From a virus (Duplodnaviria > Caudoviricetes), in the IMG/VR virus record IMGVR_UViG_3300010219_000069, positions 1 to 49,251 of that record: DNA of 49,251 nt. The stretch is one strand, 5' to 3'. Shown here piece by piece: positions 34,467 to 42,890 of the stretch (positions are counted from its first letter, which is position 1; each line of letters starts with the position of its first letter). The notes under the pieces were generated by a model. That model saw nothing but the letters and a program-made list of their open reading frames with translations, was not told the origin of the DNA and made no database searches. The translations under genes and the position numbers were made by a program.

Positions 34467-35056
34467 TGGTGCTCCCTCCAATCGAACCAGCGGATTTGCG
34501 GAGGGCCGTCGTGGCGGCGGTCCCAGACAAACCAGGCAAAGGCAATTGCTGAACTCGCTTGCGCGCCATCCCAGCCGTCGCGATGCATCATCGGCAGACG
34601 GCCAGAGGAGACATGAACGCGAGCAAGCGGGGTGGATTCGAACCAGGGGCGACGCGCCGTGCCTTCGAGAAACGAGAGCCGCAACAGCATGGCGACGTAG
34701 GGCGAGAAGCTGAGAGCCCGGTCGACGAACTGCTGGGCCAGCTTGAAAGGCGGATTGGTGACGACGCCATTGACACCTGGCGGAACGGCGAAGGGCATGA
34801 GGAAATCCACGCCGCTTTCACTGTCTGGGCAGCCTCGCGCGACAAGATCGGACGCGTGTACGCTATAACCGGCCTCTCGGAACGGAAGCACGATGGCTCC
34901 GTCGCCGCAGGCTGGCTCCCAGATGCGCTTGGGCAGGTAAGGCGCCTCTACGGCCAGCAGAGCGTCCACTGCTTGCCGGGGCGAGGCATAGAAATCATCT
35001 TTGCGGTCTACGAGAGAGTGCCGCTTTTCACGGCCTGCGATTCCGGTCCCCATCAC
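34463..35056 (-). CDS. Short orphan amino-DNA methyltransferase-like protein
   Basis: DDFYASP, IWEPACGDG (motif I) and VVTNPPF (motif IV). Confidence 0.8.
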   Translation of the reverse strand: MMGTGIAGREKRHSLVDRKDDFYASPRQAVDALLAVEAPYLPKRIWEPACGDGAIVLPFREAGYSVHASDLVARGCPDSESGVDFLMPFAVPPGVNGVVTNPPFKLAQQFVDRALSFSPYVAMLLRLSFLEGTARRPWFESTPLARVHVSSGRLPMMHRDGWDGAQASSAIAFAWFVWDRRHDGPPQIRWFDWREHQ

Positions 35057-35511
35057 CGCACCTCCGTGAACTTCACGCGCAAGCAGCCCCAGCCGTTCAG
35101 GGTCTCGACGGCATCCTTGAAGGTGTCCACGACTGCATGGGGGATGCCATTCTTGCGGCAGAAGGCGGCGAAGGCTTCCTGATCGTCGTTCAGCCCCTCG
35201 CCTGCCCGCTTGAGCTCCAGCGCATGGAAGAGGCCCTGAGGAGACACCAGCTGGAAATCAGGCCAGCCCGCCTTGAGACCCATCCGCTTGAGCTTGGCTC
35301 CGGTCTTGTCATCCCGCAGCTCGCCGGCTGGAAAATGGGTGTAGCGCCAATCGGCATGGCAGAAGTCCTTGAGGAACTTCGCGACCGAGAAGTGCAGCGC
35401 GATCTCTTTCCGGGCCGGGATCTGGTCGGCCGTGACCACCTTGCCCGTGAACAGAGGCAGGCGCGGCTTGGGAGCCTTACTCGTGCGCGTGCACGTGCGA
35501 GGGGCTGCCAT
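35053..35511 (-). CDS. VRR-NUC domain nuclease / resolvase
   Basis: LKRMGLKAGWPD...LELKR...L.DDQ. Confidence 0.85.
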   Translation of the reverse strand: MAAPRTCTRTSKAPKPRLPLFTGKVVTADQIPARKEIALHFSVAKFLKDFCHADWRYTHFPAGELRDDKTGAKLKRMGLKAGWPDFQLVSPQGLFHALELKRAGEGLNDDQEAFAAFCRKNGIPHAVVDTFKDAVETLNGWGCLRVKFTEVR

Positions 35512-35771
35512 CAGATCATCCCCAGCGCTTGCATGTAGGTTCCGAGGATGGCGTCCTCTTCCTGGCGCTCAGCTACGTCCTTGCGGCGGATCGCAACGAT
35601 CTTCTTGATCGCCCTGGTATCAAAGCCGCAGCCCTTGGCCTCGGCATAGATATCGCGCTTGTCGCCGTTCAGGCCCTTGATCTCTTCCTCGACGCGCTCG
35701 ATGCGCTCCACGAAGGCACGGAGTTGATCGGCGGCAACGGACTCGGTGTTGAATGCTTGATCGTCCATCAC
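35511..35771 (-). CDS. gapR: GapR-like nucleoid-associated protein (DUF2312/UPF0335)
   Basis: [17 protein letters not shown]......[11 protein letters not shown]......IVAIR.......EE..IL..Y..ALG. Confidence 0.9.
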   Translation of the reverse strand: MMDDQAFNTESVAADQLRAFVERIERVEEEIKGLNGDKRDIYAEAKGCGFDTRAIKKIVAIRRKDVAERQEEDAILGTYMQALGMI

Positions 35772-36070
35772 GCGGCAGCCTTTCCGGTCTTGAGGGTGCG
35801 GGAGACGGCAGAGGGAGCGCAGCCGAGACGGCGGGCGATGGCGCGAACGCCGAGGCCCTGATCGGCCAGTTCCTTGCAGACGTTGAAGGCGATCTTCTTT
35901 TTCGGGCCGCGCTTGAGAGGGCCGAAGGGAAGCTGAATCCCCTTGGTGTATTCATGCGCCCTGCCCCGGCTGACCTTCGCCAGAGCCACGACCTCGCTAA
36001 TGCTGTGGCCTGCGGCTCGGAGGGCTTTGGCGGTCGCGATCTTCTCGTCAGGGAGACGGCGGGCCATCAC
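35768..36070 (-). CDS. Double-HTH protein
   Basis: [15 protein letters not shown] and [20 protein letters not shown]. Confidence 0.7.
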   Translation of the reverse strand: MMARRLPDEKIATAKALRAAGHSISEVVALAKVSRGRAHEYTKGIQLPFGPLKRGPKKKIAFNVCKELADQGLGVRAIARRLGCAPSAVSRTLKTGKAAA

Positions 36071-36573
36071 GCAGCCCCCCGGATTTTGGTGACGTTCTTG
36101 CGGAGGGCTTCGATCTTGGTCAGCGCCGCCATCTCCGCCGCTGCTGCCGCCTCCCGAAGCTCGCGCGCTTCCTTGGCGATCCGGGTCAGCTCCGCATCCG
36201 TCAGATCGTTGTCGGCGATCCCCTCGGCAATTGCCTGGATGGCCTGACCGCTCTCGCTCGCCAGCGAGGACAGGTGAGCAACGAGGCTGGCGTCAGAGCC
36301 GATCTTGCCCTTCTCGACAACCACGCAGCCGGTCTGTTCAGCCAGGTACTCAAGTGCCGACAAGGCGCCGAAATGAGCCGAGAGACGCGCCACGCGGGCG
36401 AAGCTCATCTCAACCGGATTGTCGGGGTCGACCTGCTTGTACAGCGTGAACTTGGTGACGTTCTCGAAATCGGCGGCGGCCTCGTAGCCGTTCTTGCCGA
36501 CCTTTTTCTCGATCTCGCCCATCAGGGCGTCGAGGGCCTCATAAATGCTTCCTGGGGCGTGGCGCTTAGCCAT
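36067..36573 (-). CDS. CII-like regulatory protein
   Basis: Position after cro; TLYKQVDPD...LASESG...IA..IAD..LT..E pattern. Confidence 0.62.
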   Translation of the reverse strand: MAKRHAPGSIYEALDALMGEIEKKVGKNGYEAAADFENVTKFTLYKQVDPDNPVEMSFARVARLSAHFGALSALEYLAEQTGCVVVEKGKIGSDASLVAHLSSLASESGQAIQAIAEGIADNDLTDAELTRIAKEARELREAAAAAEMAALTKIEALRKNVTKIRGAA

Positions 36574-36667
36574 GTCAATTTGATCCTAGCGATTGCCAAT
36601 GACGCTTGCCCTGCCCGCTGCGATAACCGGAGCTGTAGACAGGGGGCTGGAGCGATGGGCGGGGGAG

Positions 36668-36716
36668 AAAAAAGCGCGGTCGACCGCAGGGAACGGTTGC
36701 ACTTGGTCGCCCGCGC
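36668..36716 (-). terminator. tR1-like terminator
   Basis: Minus strand GCGCGGGCGACC...GGTCGACCGCGC-TTTTTT. Confidence 0.55.
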
Positions 36717-36842
36717 AGGTGGCATCGGCGGGGGGCGTTGTGCCGATGCGGGAGGAACGAGCGAGGCCAATCATGGATTCGCCTTCCCGTAGGAATTCAG
36801 GGACAATGATCTGGTCAAACGTCGCGCAATAAGGAGGAACCC

Positions 36843-37160
36843 ATGCGCCGCACGAAGGGCCCAGAACGCTACCTGAAGCTTCCGCCGCTCCAGCCAGAGC
36901 AGCAGGCCATGGTGATCGGCAACCTCGGGCTTGCTCTCAAGGCGATGGCCAGGAAGTACATCGAGACGCTGGGTGATGGCCGCGTCCACGAGTTTGAGCA
37001 GTTCCGAGATGAGATGATCAATGCGTTCAAGAACGCTGATTTTGCCGGGGCGCCGATCCAGATGGAGGCTGCTGTTGTCGAGGCTACCATTGCAGTAATT
37101 CAGGGGGTCATGCCGGTCATCAACCGATACAACGGCGGTCTCGACAGTGAGAGTGAATGA
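36843..37160 (+). CDS. Hypothetical protein, antisense between cro and cII
   Basis: TAAGGAGG RBS; 105 aa. Confidence 0.7.
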   Translation: MRRTKGPERYLKLPPLQPEQQAMVIGNLGLALKAMARKYIETLGDGRVHEFEQFRDEMINAFKNADFAGAPIQMEAAVVEATIAVIQGVMPVINRYNGGLDSESE

Positions 37161-37290
37161 CCCGTCAGCATTCTGAGACACGCGGGGGGCGCGGATATCC
37201 ATCACTTCGCCCTCCGGACAAGGACGTAGCCGTCATGGGTGAGGAACCAGAGATGACCGAGAGCACAGAGGCGGTAACGAGCCCGACGCA

Positions 37291-37509
37291 TCACGCGGCC
37301 TCGTCACGAGGCGTCGCGACAGGCACAAAATCGTTCGCCGTGACTTTGCCGTCTGTCAGCTTCGATATGAGCAGAAGCATTCTGGGACGAGGCATCCTCA
37401 CACCGAAGCGCCACTTCCGGACCGCCTCAGCCGAGAACGCGCCTTCACTTTTACGGGCGAATGCCTCGTCATCGAGATCGTGTGCTTTGAGATAAGCTGA
37501 GAGTTTCAT
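37291..37509 (-). CDS. Cro-like repressor
   Basis: MKLSAYL...FA......AVRKW..G.R.PR.......I...T.GKVTANDF; divergent from cI. Confidence 0.85.
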   Translation of the reverse strand: MKLSAYLKAHDLDDEAFARKSEGAFSAEAVRKWRFGVRMPRPRMLLLISKLTDGKVTANDFVPVATPRDEAA

Positions 37510-37516
37510 GACCCGC

Positions 37517-37596
37517 ATTGTGCCCATAATGGGCGGATCAGTCAACAAGTTTTGTGCCCACATTGGGAGCTATACGCCCGTTCCCATTCTGGGCAC
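37517..37596. promoter_or_regulatory. OR: three 17-bp operators (GTGCCCA-N3-TGGGCAC consensus) and pR
   Basis: 37520 gtgcccataatgggcgg; 37554 gtgcccacattgggagc; 37580 gttcccattctgggcac; minus strand TTGACT-N17-CACAAT. Confidence 0.85.
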
Positions 37597-37606
37597 GTTT
37601 CCCGTC

Positions 37607-38176
37607 ATGAGAAACAACTTGAAATCTCTGCGCAAAAAACTGGGATGGTCCCAGGAACTGGCAGCAGAGCGCATGGGCACAACTCGCAACCAGTACGCTA
37701 AGCTGGAAGGTGGAACGCGTCGGCTGTCCGATGTCTGGATCGCCCGTGCCGCCGCAGCTTTCGGTGTGGATGCGGGCGAGCTTGTTTCAAGCCGTCGAGA
37801 AACAGTACCCCTCGTAGGCTATGTCGGCGCCGGGTCTCTTGCCCATTACTTCGGCGAAGGCGATGGCGAGATTGATGAAGTCGACGCCCCAGAGAACGCC
37901 ACAGAGGAGACCGTTGGGGTCGAGATCCGGGGCGATTCCCTTGGCGTCGCCTTCGACCGCTGGATTGCCTACTATGACGACGTCCGTAGAGCCCCTACCC
38001 CTGACATGCTGGGCAAGCTCTGTGTAGTTGGGCTTCACGATGGGCGCGTCCTGATCAAGAAACTCGAGAAGGGCCAACTCCCTAAACACTACAACCTGAT
38101 TTCCCAGGATCCCCCGATATACGACGCGGAAGTGGAGTGGGCGGCCGTCGTCAAGTCGATGATGCCAAGGGGCTAG
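37607..38176 (+). CDS. CI-like repressor (XRE HTH + S24 peptidase)
   Basis: LKSLRKKLGWSQELAAERMG HTH; VGAG cleavage site; RGDS serine and IKK lysine. Confidence 0.92.
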   Translation: MRNNLKSLRKKLGWSQELAAERMGTTRNQYAKLEGGTRRLSDVWIARAAAAFGVDAGELVSSRRETVPLVGYVGAGSLAHYFGEGDGEIDEVDAPENATEETVGVEIRGDSLGVAFDRWIAYYDDVRRAPTPDMLGKLCVVGLHDGRVLIKKLEKGQLPKHYNLISQDPPIYDAEVEWAAVVKSMMPRG

Positions 38177-38311
38177 CCCTCACGTGCGTGCAGGGATAGC
38201 ACTCCGGAAATCGTAATTATGTATCTTTTCTCGAAAGCCACGCTTTCCAAAACTGTGGCCAAATGGTAAGAAACTCCTGCCTGTTAACCGCCGTTAACTC
38301 GCCAACGAACC

Positions 38312-38554
38312 ATGCGGATTACCATGCCTATCAAGATGAAACACCGCGATATGAGGCGTACTGCTGCAAGAATTGCAGGCGGTTTTGTGCATGGCATCGT
38401 CCAAATGGCGGCATTCGGCCAAGCTAGCGCAATCGAGCGATTCCCGTCCTCCCATTCCGCTACGGCGGCTCTAAGGAGCGACTGGAGGCGGTTGGGTGGT
38501 GATATGCAGCGCGCGATCGAAAAAGAAGAACAGCGTGTCAAAACAGAGGCGTAA
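38312..38554 (+). CDS. Hypothetical protein, partner of the DUF2335 gene
   Basis: ALRSDWRRLGGDMQRAI; overlaps the next gene; start uncertain. Confidence 0.6.
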   Translation: MRITMPIKMKHRDMRRTAARIAGGFVHGIVQMAAFGQASAIERFPSSHSATAALRSDWRRLGGDMQRAIEKEEQRVKTEA

Positions 38555-38945
38555 TTCGCCATCCCAAAGGGTACAGCAGAATGATCGGGGCATGGCTCGC
38601 CTCGAAATGCAGCAGATCCAGCAGCATTGGAGCGGCCCTCTACCTCCGCCCGAGACTCTGGCCGCTTTCGATCAGATTGTCCCAGGCGGGGCCGCTCGGA
38701 TCTTCGACCAGTTCGAAAAAGAAGCGGATCACCGGCGCGCGCTGGAAGCTCAGCAGGCTCAGTTTGTCGTCCGAGATACTCTAATAGGCCAAATACTTGC
38801 CGGCGCCTTTGCCGTTGGCGGCCTCGGCGTGGCTGCATTTGCAGTCTATATGAATGCCCAGTGGGCAGCTGCGCTGATCGGCGGCGGGGTGCTAGTTCCT
38901 ATTGTATATGCGTTTCTGCGCCAAACATGGAATGGCCCCAAATAA
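38535..38945 (+). CDS. DUF2335-family membrane protein
   Basis: WSGPLPPPETL..FDQIVPGGAARIF...EKEADHR plus two C-terminal TM helices; start GTG 38535 or ATG 38592. Confidence 0.82.
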   Translation: MSKQRRNSPSQRVQQNDRGMARLEMQQIQQHWSGPLPPPETLAAFDQIVPGGAARIFDQFEKEADHRRALEAQQAQFVVRDTLIGQILAGAFAVGGLGVAAFAVYMNAQWAAALIGGGVLVPIVYAFLRQTWNGPK

Positions 38946-39050
38946 GTGCGACCAAGATGAGGGGTTGTTTGGCCAAGCTGAAACGCCTCAGCCCTTTACC
39001 CGTTGAGATCTAGAAGGCTGACCGACTCCAATCCTTGGCCTTCGACCAGG

Positions 39051-39093
39051 AGGCCTCCTCACCCATTGACAACGGCGGGTGGGGAGGCCTTTT
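39051..39093 (+). terminator. Intrinsic terminator between convergent genes
   Basis: AGGCCTCCTCACCC...GGGTGGGGAGGCCT-TTT. Confidence 0.7.
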
Positions 39094-39095
39094 CG

Positions 39096-39389
39096 TTAGT
39101 TCAACGACTTTGGCGGCTCGGGTTCTGCGATACTAATCAGCCCGATCTCGCCTCGCACTACGTACTGCGGCTGCCAGCCTTCCAACTCTAAGGCTCGAAT
39201 GGCTATGCTATTTGGGTTCGTGATCCCTTCCCTGACCGCTTGCCGAATCCTGATGGCGTAGAGCGCGTCCTCTATGAAGGTCATGTCCCTGCCGGCGTCT
39301 CGGTAGGCGCCATTGATCAGGAACATGGCAATCTGCTCAGGCTCCAGTTTGGCTTCCCTGACTGCATATTGGTCTTCGTCCTCGTCCAT
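39096..39389 (-). CDS. Hypothetical protein (second gene of SOS-box operon)
   Basis: GAGGG RBS; 9 bp after the upstream gene. Confidence 0.6.
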   Translation of the reverse strand: MDEDEDQYAVREAKLEPEQIAMFLINGAYRDAGRDMTFIEDALYAIRIRQAVREGITNPNSIAIRALELEGWQPQYVVRGEIGLISIAEPEPPKSLN

Positions 39390-39398
39390 TTTCCGCCC

Positions 39399-39638
39399 TC
39401 ACTCAACAATGCTTGGCACCTGGCCGAACTTCGCCAGGATCTTCGCGTCTTCGTATTCTCCAAGGTCGGGATCCCCCGAGCGGGAGAACACAATCACGCC
39501 TGCTTTCATCTCAGCTAAACGCCTTCCCATTCGAACAGCCTCATCCTTTCCTCTGGCCTCGATGGCCTCCTCAGCTAAAAGCCCGCGCGGCGCCTCAACG
39601 AATGGCAGCACGACGTAGTAGGTTAGGCGCAAGATCAT
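39399..39638 (-). CDS. Small hypothetical protein, probably SOS-regulated
   Basis: YYVVLPF...A.R..RRLA..KAGVIVFSRSGDPDLGEY.D..IL..FG.VP; AAGGAG RBS (start may be TTG 39632). Confidence 0.75.
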   Translation of the reverse strand: MILRLTYYVVLPFVEAPRGLLAEEAIEARGKDEAVRMGRRLAEMKAGVIVFSRSGDPDLGEYEDAKILAKFGQVPSIVE

Positions 39639-39666
39639 CTCCTTCCTGCATGAGTACCCATTATGA

Positions 39667-39681
39667 GAACAAATGCAGAAC
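39667..39681 (-). promoter_or_regulatory. Alphaproteobacterial LexA (SOS) box
   Basis: GAAC-aaatgca-GAAC, with the same ATGAGAACA context as the box at 3447. Confidence 0.8.
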
Positions 39682-39736
39682 GCATGAGTCAACCCGCCGC
39701 ATGCACGTAGGGGCTGTGGAAATAACGGAAAACTTT

Positions 39737-39813
39737 TGGGCACACATTTAAGAAGAGAGGCGCCATTTGTGCCCACATTGGGCTTGACACACGGCACCCA
39801 TATTGGGCACATT
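39737..39813 (+). promoter_or_regulatory. OL operators and pL promoter
   Basis: 39769 gtgcccacattgggctt; 39794 gcacccatattgggcac; half-site TGGGCAC at 39737; TTGACA(39784)-N18-CACATT. Confidence 0.82.
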
Positions 39814-39843
39814 AAGCTCATCACCTCACCGGAGATGAGCCCC

Positions 39844-39954
39844 ATGCAGACCCTCCCCACCTTCACTCTTGAAACCGTCCGCGACGGCTTTGCCTGCCTG
39901 TTCGTGATCGGCGTCGTCTATCTCGCCTGTGCGGCTCTCGGTGGGGGCTACTGA
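39844..39954 (+). CDS. Small hydrophobic peptide, first pL gene
   Basis: GGAG RBS; MQTLP...FVIGVVYLACAALGG. Confidence 0.5.
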   Translation: MQTLPTFTLETVRDGFACLFVIGVVYLACAALGGGY

Positions 39955-39955
39955 G

Positions 39956-40378
39956 ATGGGTGCATACGACGTTATCAACCCTAGCGATCCGTACACCTTC
40001 GAGGCTCCCGATCTAGAAATCGCCGCCGCTGCGATCTTCTTAGTTGGTGGCGGGCATTATGCGGCTGAACCCTTCGAGAAGGGCCAAGATCGCGTTCCGA
40101 TCTTTCTCTTTGGCGGCTCCGACGAATGGGCCAAGGAGAAGTTCGGGGCGGATCTTGAAACGTGGTTCAACCGATTGAAGGCTACCCGCCTGCCAGAGAT
40201 TTGCGCGGCGCTTGAGAGCTTTCTCTATGGCGGAAGGTTGGCTCGTGAGGATTGGCAGGGCCGCTCCATTGAAGAGCGCGCGGCCTACAACGAGCGGCAC
40301 CGCACTTCCATGAACAATATCGGCAAGCGGGCATTCTCGATTGCCGCAAGCCTCCGCTCAGAGAAGGAGGCCGCCTAA
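39956..40378 (+). CDS. Phage hypothetical protein
   Basis: YDVINPSDPYTF...RTSMNNIG.RA; coupled. Confidence 0.7.
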   Translation: MGAYDVINPSDPYTFEAPDLEIAAAAIFLVGGGHYAAEPFEKGQDRVPIFLFGGSDEWAKEKFGADLETWFNRLKATRLPEICAALESFLYGGRLAREDWQGRSIEERAAYNERHRTSMNNIGKRAFSIAASLRSEKEAA

Positions 40379-40599
40379 TGCGCCAGCGCACCATCAATTT
40401 CAATGCCGCCCTGCGCGACATGCGCCGCTACCGCTCCCCTGAGCAGATGCTCATCCGAGAGATGCTGGCGAGCCTGAAGAAGCTACGGCACCAGATCGTC
40501 TACGACCCGTCTGAGCAGGATCTCACTCGCTCTGAGTTCGATGAGATGCTCTCGCGCGCTGATGTCGCGATCAGAAAAGCTGAGGCGTCCAATGTCTAA
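40378..40599 (+). CDS. Hypothetical protein
   Basis: AGGAGG RBS; TAATG overlap. Confidence 0.6.
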   Translation: MRQRTINFNAALRDMRRYRSPEQMLIREMLASLKKLRHQIVYDPSEQDLTRSEFDEMLSRADVAIRKAEASNV

Positions 40600-40861
40600 C
40601 GTTGTCCCTTTCCCTGTTCGTCTTCGCACCGCGTGGGATGCGACAGGCGGCATCCAAGAGGCCAAGGCACAGGCCCAGGCTGACGAGATCCAGGCTCTTC
40701 TGTCCAAGGTGCTCGACTCCTGCCCTGCATGCGGCGGCATCGGGCACTTCGTTCATAAGCATCCGGTCTCCGGCACAATTGCCCATTCCCCCTGCCCTTG
40801 CGGCGGGACGGATGAGGACCGGATCGACTTGAACGATTTCGACTTCAACGGAGCTGCGTGA
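40592..40861 (+). CDS. Small Zn-finger-like protein
   Basis: MSNVVPFP; CPACGG...CPC. Confidence 0.6.
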   Translation: MSNVVPFPVRLRTAWDATGGIQEAKAQAQADEIQALLSKVLDSCPACGGIGHFVHKHPVSGTIAHSPCPCGGTDEDRIDLNDFDFNGAA

Positions 40862-41235
40862 TGGGCACCTACAACACCCTTATGGGCTCCATCGTCCTGC
40901 TGATCGTGTTGGCTGCTGCTGTTCGTGGCCTCGTTGATGTCCTCTGGCCTGTGAAGGTGCGGTGATGAGCTTCAAAAGCCCTGACTGCCGCGCCTTCTCT
41001 CGCAAGGCTCACAACCTCGCGATGCTCTTCGTGGCGGCCGTCACCCTCGCAGCCCTTGGCGTCCTGCTTCATTCGCTCTGGGTACTGCGTCCATGAAGCC
41101 TGTCGTCATCACTCCCCGCTGGCGAGGCCCTGAAACCAAGCGGATCGCCCGCCGCAAGATCGAAACAACTTCCCGGCTCTGCAAGGAGCTGGGCCTTCCG
41201 AAACCACTCCTGAAACTGCCGAAGGACAAAGCCTG

Positions 41236-41493
41236 ATGCAATCGTTCAACCATCTCGCCTTCGGCGCCGCCGTCACCAGCATCAAGCGCGATGCCGATAA
41301 GCTGGCCCGCGATGCCCACATGGCCCGCGTTTATGCGAAGGACACGGCCGAGAGCATAGGCCAGGCCGATTACGATCTGCTCTATGCCGCTCAATGCCTT
41401 GAGCTTGCCGCTCGCGATCTGCGGCTGACCCACGCCAAGGTGCAGCAGCTCCGCGCTGATCAATCCAATCCCGTTCTTATCGCTGCGGAGTAA
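41236..41493 (+). CDS. Hypothetical protein
   Basis: AAGGA RBS; ends LIAAE like many alphaproteobacterial phage ORFs. Confidence 0.6.
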   Translation: MQSFNHLAFGAAVTSIKRDADKLARDAHMARVYAKDTAESIGQADYDLLYAAQCLELAARDLRLTHAKVQQLRADQSNPVLIAAE

Positions 41494-41499
41494 GCACGC

Positions 41500-42228
41500 A
41501 TGACCGCCGCTATTGCCACCATTGGCCACAACAACCCGCCTGAGCCCACTCCATTCGAGAGGGCAGAGGCGCAGATTATCGCCCTGTTTGACGAGGCCAA
41601 GAACTGGCTCGATGGCGAAGGCATCACGTCCCAGGCGCAGGCCGACGACGTGTCCAAACTGCTGGATATGATCCGCAAAGCCAAGAAGGCTGCCGACGAG
41701 GCACGGGCTGAAGAAAAGCGCCCGTACGACGAGGCCGCGAAGGAGGTTCAGGAGCGTTATAAGCCCCTCCTGACCCGTTGCGACCTAGCAGCTGATGCCG
41801 CCAAGAAGGCACTGGCGCCATACCTCGCGAAGATCGAAGCCGAGAAGCGGGCCAAGGCTGAAGCCGCTCGCCGCGAAGCTGAGGAGAAGGCACGTGCCGC
41901 ACAGGAAGCCATCCGTGCGGCGGCTCTGACCGACCTTGCCGCTCGCGAGAAGGCCGAAGCCCTCATTCAGGATGCCAAGAAGGCCGACGCTGCCGCGAAG
42001 CGCGCCGAGAACGACAAGGCGCACGCCAAGGGCGGGAGCCGGGCTGTCGGTCTGCGGACGACGTACCGGCCCGTAATGACGGACGGTCGCGAAGCAGCAC
42101 GGCACTACTGGATCGAGCGCCGCGCCGACGTGGAGGCATTCTTCCTCTCGCTCGCAGAGAAGGACGTGAACGCCGGAAAGAGATCCATCCCGGGCTTTGA
42201 AATCATCGAAGAGAAGGTGGCCGTCTGA
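41500..42228 (+). CDS. Coiled-coil recombination-module protein
   Basis: IGHNNPP start, Ala/Glu/Lys coiled coil, C-terminal IPGFEIIEE. Confidence 0.7.
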   Translation: MTAAIATIGHNNPPEPTPFERAEAQIIALFDEAKNWLDGEGITSQAQADDVSKLLDMIRKAKKAADEARAEEKRPYDEAAKEVQERYKPLLTRCDLAADAAKKALAPYLAKIEAEKRAKAEAARREAEEKARAAQEAIRAAALTDLAAREKAEALIQDAKKADAAAKRAENDKAHAKGGSRAVGLRTTYRPVMTDGREAARHYWIERRADVEAFFLSLAEKDVNAGKRSIPGFEIIEEKVAV

Positions 42229-42890
42229 TGAACCCCGCTGACAAGAAGATTGCTGAGGTTCTGGCGAAGTTCGATGAGCCGATGGCCGGCAATGTCTGGC
42301 GCGTTCAGGGCACGGCGGTGATCTACCACAAGACGCTCGAGCGGATCGCTGCATCCGCCAAGATCGCCTTTGACGAGCCGAAGATCATTCGCGCCGAACG
42401 CGATGAGGCGGTCATTCAGGTGACCGGCCGCATGGGAGACCGGGTTGAGTGGTCCATTGGCGAGGCACTGATCGGCGTCAACTACCGCGTTTCCGGCAAG
42501 CAGGCAGCCTATGTGTACGCTATGGCTGAGAAGCGCGCCAAGGATCGGGTGATCCTCAAACTCATCGAGCTTTCTGGCGACGTGTATTCGGAAGAGGAAG
42601 CAGACGAGTTCAAACAGGGCCGGCCGGGCAATGGCGAGGAGCAGCCCCAACAGGAACGGCAGCCGGCCAATGATCGACCTGTAGACCCGAACTCATCGGC
42701 CGGCATCGAAGCTGACATCAAGGCGAAGATCGACAAGGCCAAGACCATCAATGCCGTCACGGATTTGATGCTCCATGCCGACACGCAGAAGTCCCTCGCC
42801 TATTTGGCTGAAGGCATCCGTGACCAGATCCGAGACTATGCCAAGCAGCGTCTCGTTGCCCTTGGCTGGCCGACGAAGCAGGCAGGTTGA
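42228..42890 (+). CDS. Candidate single-strand annealing protein
   Basis: SIGEA...YVYAMAEKRAKDRVILKL...VYSEEEADEF; position in the recombination module. Confidence 0.5.
   Translation: MNPADKKIAEVLAKFDEPMAGNVWRVQGTAVIYHKTLERIAASAKIAFDEPKIIRAERDEAVIQVTGRMGDRVEWSIGEALIGVNYRVSGKQAAYVYAMAEKRAKDRVILKLIELSGDVYSEEEADEFKQGRPGNGEEQPQQERQPANDRPVDPNSSAGIEADIKAKIDKAKTINAVTDLMLHADTQKSLAYLAEGIRDQIRDYAKQRLVALGWPTKQAG

Noticed and set aside
34463-35511. Restriction-modification pair (MTase + nuclease)
   Set aside because: The nuclease is VRR-NUC, a common phage resolvase-type protein in replication modules, and the MTase is a short orphan type
38283-38298. Second full CtrA site (GTTAAC-cgcc-GTTAAC)
   Set aside because: Spacing is TTAA-N6-TTAA rather than N7; at most half-sites
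38946-39050. Small RNA before the terminator at 39051
   Set aside because: A weak GAAGGC/GCCTTC hairpin exists, but no promoter or family features support it
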